A DNA stretch of 64,000 bases from Pseudomonadota bacterium (GCA_018241365.1 JAFEDX010000194.1:10411-74410), one strand, 5' to 3'; positions 11,391-19,571 are shown, counted from the first letter of the stretch. Numbers and translations: made by a program. Notes: generated by a model not told the origin, from the sequence alone.

Positions 11391-11816
11391 ATGACTCGCA
11401 TTGCCGCGGTGTTTCTTGCTGCAACGGCTATCCTGTTTTCATTGACAGCGGCAGCGTTCGCGACAAGCAGTGACGAGCAAACGATCCTGGACCTCGAACG
11501 GCAAGTGAGCGCGGCTTCCGCCGCCAATGACATCGCTGCACTCGAAAGAATCGTCGCGGATGATTACATCGGAATTGAGGCGATCGGCAAGATCGAAACC
11601 AGGGCCCAGTGGTTCGATGGCGTCAAGTCCGGGGCTTTGATCACTGTGGCCGAAGAGCCGAGCCAGCTGAAGGTCCGGTTGTACGGAGATGTCGCGATAG
11701 TCACTGGACACTTGTCGGTCCGGGATGTACGGAATGGCAAACCCGGACACCACGAAATAGTGTTCACGGATATCTGGGTGAAACGAGGCGAACGCTGGCA
11801 ATACGTCCAGTACTAA
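11391..11816 (+). CDS. Secreted NTF2-like (SnoaL/DUF4440-type) protein
   Basis: Signal peptide MTRIAAVFLAATAILFSLTAAAFA, GGGGAGAG Shine-Dalgarno sequence, and the typical DUF4440-like pattern (IAALERIVADDYIGI ... VFTDIWVKRGERWQ). Visibly lower GC than the flanks. Confidence 0.6.
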   Translation: MTRIAAVFLAATAILFSLTAAAFATSSDEQTILDLERQVSAASAANDIAALERIVADDYIGIEAIGKIETRAQWFDGVKSGALITVAEEPSQLKVRLYGDVAIVTGHLSVRDVRNGKPGHHEIVFTDIWVKRGERWQYVQY

Positions 11817-11822
11817 GGAACC

Positions 11823-12230
11823 ATGCTGCCGCGCCAACCAGATACCGCGATGTCGGAGCAGACCTTGCCGCGGATTCCTGCTCCTCCGGGAGAGTTCACG
11901 GCCATTCGCACCGCCGATGCCCAGTGGACGCGCGATCCGTCATCCGGCGTCGAGATTGCAGTCCTGTGGGGAGAACCGATGGCGGACGCGGCAGGCGGCG
12001 AGTTGTACCGCTTCGAGCCGGGATACGCATCGCCGGAGCACACGCACCAGTTCCATGAGCGCGCCATGGTTCTTCGAGGGACGTTCGTCATCACGCGTCC
12101 GGGCGAAGTTGCGCATCGGCTCGGCCCGGGGAGTTATTTCTTCGTTCCGGCACACTCCATCCACGCGACGCGTTGCGAAGGCGTCGAGCCCTGTGAACTC
12201 TACAACGAAGTCGTTTTGCCGCCGCCCTGA
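11823..12230 (+). CDS. Cupin domain protein
   Basis: Cupin metal motif region PEHTHQFHERAMVLRGTF ... SYFFVPAHSIHAT, 135 aa. Confidence 0.6.
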   Translation: MLPRQPDTAMSEQTLPRIPAPPGEFTAIRTADAQWTRDPSSGVEIAVLWGEPMADAAGGELYRFEPGYASPEHTHQFHERAMVLRGTFVITRPGEVAHRLGPGSYFFVPAHSIHATRCEGVEPCELYNEVVLPPP

Positions 12231-12292
12231 AGGCCGCTGGTCGTTTGTCCACGGGACGACTTGATCAGGTTCACGGCGAACATGCTGGTCGT

Positions 12293-12407
12293 TCATGGCG
12301 TCAGCGCAACCGTTCCCAGCATTTTGTAAACGCCCCCGCAAGCTTGATCGCGCTGCCGATCGGCAAACCGATCCTCGTGCCCTCGCCGACCTTGGTGTCG
12401 TGATCAG
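12293..12407 (-). pseudogene. Decayed 3'-terminal fragment of a DUF456-family gene (fragment D1)
   Basis: The minus strand reads DHDTKVGEGTRIGLPIGSAIKLAGAF..., compared with DHAARVGVGTWIGLLIGTAIKLAVAF in the intact gene at 14696..15181. There is a 1-nt indel near the end, and no 5' part or start codon. Confidence 0.8.
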
Positions 12408-12614
12408 TCGCGATCATGAAGATCCCGAACCTCGACCCGAAAAGAGTGACTCCGAAGGCGGCGCAATCGCGCTTGACCATCTACCCTGCGCTACCGGTTC
12501 CATCCGCAGCGCCGTGCTCGCCCACGGTATGCGCCGTAGGCAACAGAAATACGGGATGGCACGCCATGTGCTTCGACACTTGGATGGGGCCTCGGGATTT
12601 TCGGGATGGTGCAG
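12408..12614 (+). pseudogene. Decayed 3'-terminal fragment of a thiolase gene (fragment A1)
   Basis: Reads EGGAIALDHLPCATGSIRSAVLAHGMRRRQQKYGM, compared with EGGAIALGHPLGATGSIRIATLVHGMRRRKQKYGM in fadA (27/35 identical by hand alignment). At least two 1-nt indels follow, and the stop codon is lost. Confidence 0.85.
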
Positions 12615-12624
12615 GAGGGCCTCA

Positions 12625-13515
12625 ATGTCGAGGGAGGTGCGGGAAGTGTTGATCAAGAAGCCACAAGCCAAGTCGTGGGTCGTGGCTGCCATGGCATGGT
12701 CACTGGTTGTCGCGGGATTCGGACTCGCGGCCTTGGGGCTGGCCGGCAACAATCTGCCGCCTCCGAAATTTCGATTGACGGCGGGGGGGACTGCAATCGC
12801 ACCGGTGAAGTACCCGTTCTGGCGTCGTTTGAGCGACCAGATCGCAGGCCGCAAATACATCATGCTGACCGTTGACGATGGCCCTCGTGGCCACGGAGTG
12901 GACGAACGCATACTGGCAATTCTCGCCAGACATGGCGCACACGCGGTTTTTTTCGAAGTCTGCGCGAACATCACAAGCCCCGTCCAAAAGACCCAACACG
13001 AAATCACGGACGGAGGAAACATCATTGCAAACCACAGTTACGATCACCTGCACCTGACGCAGCTGCGACCGTCACCATTGCAGAATGAAATCGAGGGGTG
13101 CAGTTCTCGCCTTGAAGCGGTTACCGGCAGGCGCCCGGCATTCTTCCGCCCGCCCTGGGGACAGACTTCACCCGCGGTCCTGAACGCCGCCCATGCCGCC
13201 GGGATGGAACAAGTGCTTTGGGACACCAACAGCGGTGATACGTGGCTGAAGGATCCACAAAAGATCGTGCAACTCAGCCTGGACCAGGCATCCCAAGGCG
13301 GGTCGATCCTGCTGATGCACAGCCGACCGACGACGGCCGATGCGTTGGATGAACTGTTGACACAGTTGCAGCTGCGGGGTTTTCGGTTCGTTTTGCCTGA
13401 AGCCAACAACAAGCCCATCTGGCTGGCACAGAACCATCGTACTCTGCGGTGGCATTTCAGAATGCCATCGCCAGCGCAAACGTCTCCAGCATCACGAGGG
13501 CTACGGCGCGCTTGA
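12625..13515 (+). CDS. Polysaccharide deacetylase (NodB homology domain), N-terminal TM anchor
   Basis: MLTVDDGPRGHG ... ANHSYDHLHL ... FFRPPWG ... LLMHS NodB motifs. ATG 12625 precedes a TM segment (WVVAAMAWSLVVAGFGLAALGLAG). Track ORF 12295..13515 adds the thiolase remnant in frame. Confidence 0.8.
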   Translation: MSREVREVLIKKPQAKSWVVAAMAWSLVVAGFGLAALGLAGNNLPPPKFRLTAGGTAIAPVKYPFWRRLSDQIAGRKYIMLTVDDGPRGHGVDERILAILARHGAHAVFFEVCANITSPVQKTQHEITDGGNIIANHSYDHLHLTQLRPSPLQNEIEGCSSRLEAVTGRRPAFFRPPWGQTSPAVLNAAHAAGMEQVLWDTNSGDTWLKDPQKIVQLSLDQASQGGSILLMHSRPTTADALDELLTQLQLRGFRFVLPEANNKPIWLAQNHRTLRWHFRMPSPAQTSPASRGLRRA

Positions 13516-13648
13516 TGGCGGTGTCGATCAGCAAGCCGATCCAGGTCAGGTGCCCACGCCGCCCTTGATGGCGTGGTCGATCGCGCTGCCGGATGCGAGT
13601 TGCCCGATCACCGCGCCGATGAAGGGCCCAAGGATCGCGCCAAGGCAA
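13457..13648 (-). pseudogene. Decayed 3'-terminal fragment of a DUF456-family gene (fragment D2)
   Basis: The minus strand reads LGAILGPFIGAVIGQLASGSAIDHAIKGGVGT, then a frameshift caused by a 5-nt CAGGT duplication, then WIGLLIDTAIKRAVALVMLETFALAMAF. This matches the last ~60 codons of 14696..15181. Confidence 0.85.
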
Positions 13649-13659
13649 TCCTCCGTATA

Positions 13660-14652
13660 TCAGGCCTCCGCCGATCGATTCGCGTCACGGCGGCTCTTGA
13701 ACAGGCTGGCGACGGTCGTGATGGCCAGGATCGAAAGGATGATCACCAGCGACAGCCAGGTCGGGATCGCCGGGATGATGTGGATCGGCTCGCCGCCGTT
13801 GAGGAACGGCAGGCTGTTGCCGTGCATGGCTTCGATGATCAGCTTGATGCCGATGAAGCCCAGCACCAGCGCGAGCCCGAAGCTCAGGTAGACGAGTCGC
13901 TTGAGCAGGCCGCCGATCAGGAAGTACAGTTCGACCAGTCCGAGCAGCGCGAACGCATTCGTCGTGAACACGATGTAGGGCTCGTTGGTCAGGCCGTAGA
14001 TGGCCGGGATGGAGTCGAGCGCGAACAGGATGTCGGTCATGCCGATGGCGATCATCACCATCATCATGGGCGTGAAGTACCGCTTGCCGCCGACCACCGT
14101 GGTCATGTTCGCCCCGTCGTATTCCGCGGCGAACGGCAGGACCTTCTGCGCGGCGCGCACCAGGACGTTGGGCTGATACGCCTCGTCGTCGTCGTCGTGT
14201 TTTTCGAAAGCCAGCTTGGCCGCCGTGAGGATCAGGAACAGCCCGAACAGGTAGAACACCCAGCTGAAGTGGGCAATCGCCGCCGCGCCGATCAGGATGA
14301 AGATCGTGCGCAGCACCAGCGCGATGACGATGCCGATCAGCAGCACCTTCTGCTGGTAGGCGCGCGGCACCGCGAAGCTCGACATGATGATCACGAACAC
14401 GAACAGGTTGTCGATCGACAAGCTGTATTCGGTGATGTAGCCCGCGAAATATTCGATCCCGTGATCGCGCCCCCACACCGCCGTCAGGCCCAGCCCGAAC
14501 AGGATCGACAACGACACGAAGAACGCCGTCCAGGCGCCGGCTTCCTTGAGCGACGGTTCGTGCGCCTTGCGGATGTGGGTGAAGTAGCTGAGCGCGAGCA
14601 GCGCGACGATGCCCGCAGCGGTGGCCAGCCAGACCCAGAGCGGTACGTGCAT
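13660..14652 (-). CDS. TerC family integral membrane protein
   Basis: 330 aa and multi-TM, with the typical YFAGYITEYSLSIDNLFVF motif. Confidence 0.9.
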   Translation of the reverse strand: MHVPLWVWLATAAGIVALLALSYFTHIRKAHEPSLKEAGAWTAFFVSLSILFGLGLTAVWGRDHGIEYFAGYITEYSLSIDNLFVFVIIMSSFAVPRAYQQKVLLIGIVIALVLRTIFILIGAAAIAHFSWVFYLFGLFLILTAAKLAFEKHDDDDEAYQPNVLVRAAQKVLPFAAEYDGANMTTVVGGKRYFTPMMMVMIAIGMTDILFALDSIPAIYGLTNEPYIVFTTNAFALLGLVELYFLIGGLLKRLVYLSFGLALVLGFIGIKLIIEAMHGNSLPFLNGGEPIHIIPAIPTWLSLVIILSILAITTVASLFKSRRDANRSAEA

Positions 14653-14695
14653 GCGGGAGGCTCCCTGCGGGGCGGTCGAAAGAGACCGGGTGGGA

Positions 14696-15181
14696 TCAGA
14701 GTACCAAGGCCAGCACGAATGTTCCGAGCATCATGAAGGCGACCGCGAGCTTGATCGCGGTGCCGATCAGCAAGCCGATCCAGGTGCCGACGCCGACGCG
14801 CGCGGCGTGATCGATCGCGCTGCCGGATGCGAGCTGCCCGACCACGGCGCCAATGAACGGGCCGAGGATGATCCCGGGAATGCCGAAGAACAGACCCACG
14901 ATCGTGCCAATGAAAGCGCCCCACACTGCGGCCTTGCTGGCGCCGGATTTCTTGGCCCCGTAGGTGCCCGAAAAAAAGTCGAACACGATCGAGAACGCGG
15001 CGAGCACGCCGAGGAACACGATCACCCACAGCGGGATTTTCTGGAAGTGCCCCGCCCACGCGGCCAGCAGCATGCCGCCGAACATCACCGGAACGCCGGG
15101 CAGGTTCGGCAGGATCGAGCCGATCAGGCCGGCCACGATCAGGATGCCGGCGATGACGTACCAAAGGATGGTCCAGTCCAT
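14696..15181 (-). CDS. DUF456 family membrane protein
   Basis: 161 aa, 4 TM segments, glycine-rich helices (GPFIGAVVGQLASGS). Confidence 0.8.
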   Translation of the reverse strand: MDWTILWYVIAGILIVAGLIGSILPNLPGVPVMFGGMLLAAWAGHFQKIPLWVIVFLGVLAAFSIVFDFFSGTYGAKKSGASKAAVWGAFIGTIVGLFFGIPGIILGPFIGAVVGQLASGSAIDHAARVGVGTWIGLLIGTAIKLAVAFMMLGTFVLALVL

Positions 15182-15202
15182 GGGTGAAGGATAACGGTCA
15201 AG

Positions 15203-15257
15203 GTCGCCTGCACGCAGGCTCCCACATGGCGCCTGTAGGAGCGAGCGTGCTCGCGAC
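15203..15257. repeat. REP pair (two palindromic units in inverted orientation)
   Basis: TCGCCTGCACGCAGGCTCC and GTAGGAGCGAGCGTGCTCGCGAC. Both cores recur as exact reverse complements at 58219..58298, and each contains its own hairpin. Confidence 0.7.
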
Positions 15258-15259
15258 CA

Positions 15260-17266
15260 TCACTTCACCGGCACCAGTTGCAACGTCAGCACTTCGAACG
15301 GCTGCAGCGTGATGGCGGTCTGGTGGTCGGCATCCAGCGTCTTCGGGACGCTGTCACCACCGGTATGCCACACGTCGCTGACATCGAACGTGCGCGCGGC
15401 GCTCTTCGGCAACTGTAATTGCCGCGCCGCGTCCAGCACCGCAAGGCGCGGCTTGTCGTCCGGGTTGCGCAGCGTGATGAAGGCCTTGTCCGGGGACCAA
15501 GCGGCCCAGCCATACACGTCGAGCCGGCCCGGATCGCCGCCGATCCAGTGCGTGTCTTCCAGCACCTTCGCGTTCGCGCGCGACCAATTCGCCGCTTCGG
15601 CCAGCGTGTTCCAGTCCGCATTGGTCAACAGCGACGGCGTGATGTACAGCTCTTGCAGGTCGGTGCCGGTGGCGAAATAGGAATGCACTTCGTTGGCGAA
15701 GTCATGGCCTGGGTCGGTATCGAGGTGCACCGCGTGCTGCGCATAGATGATCCCGTGCAGCATCAGCGAATTGATCGGGAACAGCGGGCCCTTGATCACG
15801 ATGTTCTGGTAGGTCTGCATGTCGCGGTAGGTGATCCACTGCTCGCGGTAGGTGCCCACGCCCGCAAAGTTGTGGTCGTAGCCGTCGCGCCAGATGGAAT
15901 CGGCGTATTTCAGCCAGAACGGCGAGGCCCAGGTGCCGGTCGTCAGGTTGATGAAGGTGTTGGGCTTGTCCGCGCGGATGTCGTCGATCAACTGGATGGC
16001 CGCGGCGAAGTCGCTGTCGAATTCGCTGCCCGGATACACACTGTTGACGTTGCCAGTGCCGTCGAGCTTGAACTGGTTGATGCAGTCATCGTTCAACAGC
16101 GTCATCGTCACCTGATGGAAACGCTGCCAGTATTTCGGCGCGGACAACGCGAGGCTGCCATCGACGATGCCATAGCCAAGTTTGCGCCCGTTGGCCACGC
16201 GCTCGGCGTGCGGCTTGCCGTAGCCACCCCACGGCGACAACCATACGCCCGGCGCCGCGCCGTACATTTCCGCGGCCTTGCACAGCGGCTTGAAGCCGCC
16301 CGGGAAGGCCTTGCTGAAATGCCAGCTGCCGCTGTAGTCGTCCCAGCCATCGTCGAACAGGAACGAATCCATCTTGACGTGGCGCTTCTCGACCAGTTCC
16401 TTGCCGAAGGTGTTGATGCGGTCCAGCGCCTCGGCCTGGGTGTAGGGCGTGAAGAAGCCGATGTCGTACCACGAGTTGTAGTGCAGGAACGGGCGATAGG
16501 GATGCGCGCGCTCGCGCTCGATGTAGGTGCCGAAGTCGCGCCGCATCTGCCCCGCGTGCGCGACGCCGATCACCGCCGAATACGTCACTGACTGGCCCTT
16601 TTTCAACGGCAGCGCGCGCTCGATCCACAACTTGACCTTGCCGCGCCACGCGTCGGATTTGGACATCGGGTGCTCGAAGCCCAGCCAGTCGTCGTGCGAG
16701 ATCACCGGCGAGCCGTCAACCGTGCCATCAACGAAAGCGTCCGGCGCATTCGCGCCAAACAGCGACACCTTGCTGATCGGCGCATCCTGGTCAAGCGCGG
16801 TGATGGTGACGATCTCGCGCATGTAATCCGAACCCTCGCGCTGCAGCAGCTTCCAGTCGATCGCAATGTGCCCCTTCGGGCCAAGGAAACGTCCTGACAC
16901 GGCCTTGCCGGGCAGCCGATCCACCAGCCGCGACGCCTTGGCGTCGGCCGGCAGCGCGACATCACGCAGTTCGCCCTGCAGGTGGAAGTTACTCGTGCTG
17001 ATCGTGCTGCCATCCTGCATGGTCAGCGAGAACGGATCGGTGACCTGGATCGGCGTGTGGTGCAATGCGTCGGTGACCACCAGATTGGACAGGACGCCAC
17101 TGTCGAGCTTCCAGCTCGCTGCAATCGCGCCGTTCCCGAATGCCCCTGGAGGTGCATGCGGTGGCGGCGCACTCGTGGCAAGCGCCGCGCCTGCAACCAT
17201 GCCACCCAGCAGCCAGATCAGCCAGCCACGTCGTTTTGCCCTTCCACGCCAACGATTGCCCAACAT
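15260..17266 (-). CDS. Secreted putative glycoside hydrolase (alpha-galactosidase/melibiase-like TIM-barrel region)
   Basis: Signal peptide after the internal ATG (MLGNRWRGRAKRRGWLIWLLGGMVAGAALA) with a GAGGTGG Shine-Dalgarno sequence. The central region FLFDDGWDD...WLSPWGGYG...FKLDGTG resembles clan GH-D enzymes. Family assignment is uncertain. Confidence 0.5.
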   Translation of the reverse strand: MLGNRWRGRAKRRGWLIWLLGGMVAGAALATSAPPPHAPPGAFGNGAIAASWKLDSGVLSNLVVTDALHHTPIQVTDPFSLTMQDGSTISTSNFHLQGELRDVALPADAKASRLVDRLPGKAVSGRFLGPKGHIAIDWKLLQREGSDYMREIVTITALDQDAPISKVSLFGANAPDAFVDGTVDGSPVISHDDWLGFEHPMSKSDAWRGKVKLWIERALPLKKGQSVTYSAVIGVAHAGQMRRDFGTYIERERAHPYRPFLHYNSWYDIGFFTPYTQAEALDRINTFGKELVEKRHVKMDSFLFDDGWDDYSGSWHFSKAFPGGFKPLCKAAEMYGAAPGVWLSPWGGYGKPHAERVANGRKLGYGIVDGSLALSAPKYWQRFHQVTMTLLNDDCINQFKLDGTGNVNSVYPGSEFDSDFAAAIQLIDDIRADKPNTFINLTTGTWASPFWLKYADSIWRDGYDHNFAGVGTYREQWITYRDMQTYQNIVIKGPLFPINSLMLHGIIYAQHAVHLDTDPGHDFANEVHSYFATGTDLQELYITPSLLTNADWNTLAEAANWSRANAKVLEDTHWIGGDPGRLDVYGWAAWSPDKAFITLRNPDDKPRLAVLDAARQLQLPKSAARTFDVSDVWHTGGDSVPKTLDADHQTAITLQPFEVLTLQLVPVK

Positions 17267-17348
17267 GCAGCCACCTCGATGGGACTCCATGAGGTAGCCA
17301 TTGTGCCGCAATCGTGTACGGCGATTCGAGCCCAGCCAAACGGCCAGC

Positions 17349-17837
17349 CTACGTTTTCGACGGATCGTCGCCGGGATTGACGTAGTGGATCTGGAAGGGG
17401 CCGTAGAAACTCACGTCGATGATGGCGACTTCGTTGCCGGTGTAGGCGTAGTGACGGTGCATCGCGGGCATCGAGGCGAACGCCATCGCCGGCAACGGTT
17501 GTGCACCGGCCTTGTCGATGCGGTCGCCCATGCCGACGAAAAGTTCGCCCTTGAGCACCGTGAAGCTTTCCACTGTCGGGTGCCAGTGCGGCGCAATGGT
17601 CGTATGCGGCGGAATCTTCAGACGCACGGTCGCGAAGCCTTCCGCAAACGGATTGCCGCGCAACACAGCGATCTGTACGCCTTTCGGCAACACCGGTGGC
17701 GCTGGCATCCACTTGAGGTCAGCGGGAACCAACACCGCGTGCTCCGTAGCCGCCACCGGCGGCTGCGCCTCGACGGTGCTGGCCAGCAAGCCCAGTGAAA
17801 GTGACAGCATCAAAACCAGATGCAATCTTGTCATCAT
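17349..17837 (-). CDS. Secreted cupin domain protein
   Basis: MMTRLHLVLMLSLSLGLLASTVEA signal peptide, GGAGGA Shine-Dalgarno sequence and cupin motif PHWHPTVESFTVLKGELFV. Confidence 0.6.
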   Translation of the reverse strand: MMTRLHLVLMLSLSLGLLASTVEAQPPVAATEHAVLVPADLKWMPAPPVLPKGVQIAVLRGNPFAEGFATVRLKIPPHTTIAPHWHPTVESFTVLKGELFVGMGDRIDKAGAQPLPAMAFASMPAMHRHYAYTGNEVAIIDVSFYGPFQIHYVNPGDDPSKT

Positions 17838-17937
17838 CGTGTCCTCCGCAGTAAATGCAACACGTGCTGGATCTTGTTGCGCGAGACTGCCATGGCCCGC
17901 CATTGTTTCTGAGCCCGCCGTATCCACCAGGTATCCA

Positions 17938-18711
17938 CTATTGCCCGGATGCCGCGACGCGCGATTCCTTCCGTTTTGCAAGCCGTGGCCAGGGACAGAT
18001 CATCGGCACCCGCTGGCGATACTCGCGGTATTCAGGATGCGCCGCGATCAGGTCGCGCTCTTCCAGGAAATGCACCGCGATCAGGATGTAGCCGGTGGTT
18101 GCGAGCGCGAACAGCAGGTGCCCGACAGTCATGCGCGGGATCGACCAGAATGCGATGATGAAACCCAGCATCAGGGGATGCCGGACGATGCGGTAATAAA
18201 AACTGTCAACGAATTCCGATGGCGTGTAGGCGATGCCACGTGCACGCAGCCACACCTGGCGCAGCCCGAACAGGTCGAAGTGATTGATGACGAAGGTTCC
18301 GCTCAGCACGATCAGCCAGCCCAGGGCGGACACCGCGTACAGCAGCCACCATGCCCAGCCTTGGCCGACATCCCAGACCACCCCCGGCAGCGGTCGCCAC
18401 TGCCAGTACAACAGGATCAGCACGAGGCTGGTCGCCAGCACGTAGGTGCTGCGTTCGATGGCCGGGCTCATCCAGCCTGCCAGCCACTTCTTGAAACCGC
18501 TCCGCGCCATCGCGCTGTGCTGCACGGCGAACAGGCTGAGCAACACGATGTCCACGATCCAGTCACCTGCCGCACCAGCCGAACCGGACATCGGGTGGTT
18601 GATCGTCTTCGGCAGCGGCAGGTCGGCGACGAAGCCGATGGCGTACAGGAACGTCAGGAAGAACGCGACGTAGCAAATCGCGCCGTACAGGAGGATCAAG
18701 GTGCTGCGCAT
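17938..18711 (-). CDS. ICMT-family membrane methyltransferase (MddA-like methanethiol S-methyltransferase candidate)
   Basis: 257 aa and multi-TM. N-terminus LLYGAICYVAFFLTFLYAIGFV and C-terminal RIVRHPLMLGF...EERDL resemble isoprenylcysteine carboxyl methyltransferase/MddA-type proteins. Confidence 0.55.
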   Translation of the reverse strand: MRSTLILLYGAICYVAFFLTFLYAIGFVADLPLPKTINHPMSGSAGAAGDWIVDIVLLSLFAVQHSAMARSGFKKWLAGWMSPAIERSTYVLATSLVLILLYWQWRPLPGVVWDVGQGWAWWLLYAVSALGWLIVLSGTFVINHFDLFGLRQVWLRARGIAYTPSEFVDSFYYRIVRHPLMLGFIIAFWSIPRMTVGHLLFALATTGYILIAVHFLEERDLIAAHPEYREYRQRVPMICPWPRLAKRKESRVAASGQ

Positions 18712-18751
18712 GGCTGCTCTCCGTCGGGATGGGTTTGCGTGATTTGGTTCT

Positions 18752-19180
18752 TCACTCGGCCAAGGCGACTCCCGAACCGCCCATGGCTTGCGGAAGGTCT
18801 TTCAGCTTGGTCACGCCGTCGCGAATCGGCAGTACGGTTTCCTGGTAGGGCACGTGCACGCCTGGCGAGAAATCGAACCCCTCAATCACTGCGGCATAGA
18901 CGTCCACCAACCCCCATGCCGGATGCTCGGTCAACACGTGGCCGCCGCATTGCCTGCACCAGCGGCGGGCACTGGTGGGCGTCTTCGCATAGCTGCCGAG
19001 CTGTTCTTCGCCCTTGGCGATCCGGACCGACCCTTTCGACCACAAGGTGAAGGCATTCACCGGCCCGGCCGACCAGTGGCGGCAGGACTCGCAATGACAG
19101 TAGCCCATGGCCTCCGGAGTGCCCGTCAGGCTGATTTCGACGGCTCCGCAGAAACAGCGGGCGGTGTGCGTAGTGGTCAT
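18752..19180 (-). CDS. GFA (glutathione-dependent formaldehyde-activating / CENP-V) family protein
   Basis: Cys pattern CFCGAV...CHCESCRHW...CRQCGG. Internal ATG with a GGAGG Shine-Dalgarno sequence. Confidence 0.8.
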   Translation of the reverse strand: MTTTHTARCFCGAVEISLTGTPEAMGYCHCESCRHWSAGPVNAFTLWSKGSVRIAKGEEQLGSYAKTPTSARRWCRQCGGHVLTEHPAWGLVDVYAAVIEGFDFSPGVHVPYQETVLPIRDGVTKLKDLPQAMGGSGVALAE

Positions 19181-19259
19181 TTGTATGCCTCCGTAAACAG
19201 ATAAACACCGTCTGCATACAGATTGCGACATGGCGGCTTCCCGGTGGCCGCCGCGGGGC

Positions 19260-19571
19260 TCACAACGCCGCCAGGAACGCGACCAGATCCTGTTTCTGCT
19301 GTTCACTCAAGTCGATGTGGAAGCCTGTGTCCTGGAAATCCACCACGTCGCACAACGTGGCTGCCGAAGCTCTGGAAGAACGGATTGCGCAGGTCGATGT
19401 GCCGTCGGGCGTGCTGGTCTGCAGCCAGCCGGAGGGATCGCGCGTGACCAGCGCGCCGGATGGCGGCGCCAAGACCTGTTGCGCACCTGCATCCGCCGTG
19501 ACCAACAGCAGTGCGACAGCGGCAACCAGGAAGCCGTGGCGGGCGGAGGATGGCGACCAGCGAGTGGACAT
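19260..19571 (-). CDS. Small secreted hypothetical protein
   Basis: 103 aa with a signal-peptide-like N-terminus (FLVAAVALLLVTADAGAQ) and two Cys. It lies 70 nt downstream of the kinase gene. Coding status not proven. Confidence 0.35.
   Translation of the reverse strand: MSTRWSPSSARHGFLVAAVALLLVTADAGAQQVLAPPSGALVTRDPSGWLQTSTPDGTSTCAIRSSRASAATLCDVVDFQDTGFHIDLSEQQKQDLVAFLAAL

Noticed and set aside
12295-12624. Possible genuine thiolase-deacetylase fusion protein
   Set aside because: The thiolase-like part covers only the last ~65 codons, carries indels relative to fadA and lacks all catalytic regions. A good ATG before a TM segment at 12625 is the likelier start.
14653-14695. Expected yybP-ykoY (Mn) riboswitch upstream of the TerC-family gene
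   Set aside because: Only 43 nt separate terC from the upstream DUF456 stop codon. This is too short for that riboswitch, and no conserved motif was seen.
11823-17837. Two cupin genes (11823-12230 and 17349-17837) as another recent duplication
   Set aside because: They share only the generic cupin pattern (e.g. IAVLWGEP vs IAVLRGNP). One is secreted and the other is not. I could see no nucleotide-level similarity comparable to that of the fadA and DUF456 fragments.
19260-19571. Small ORF as a remnant of a di-haem cytochrome c peroxidase (C-terminal LSEQQKQDLVAFLAAL resembles CCP/MauG tails)
   Set aside because: It has no CxxCH haem motif and no other CCP-like segments in any frame nearby. 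The resemblance is limited to ~16 residues, so it is kept only as a hypothetical secreted protein.
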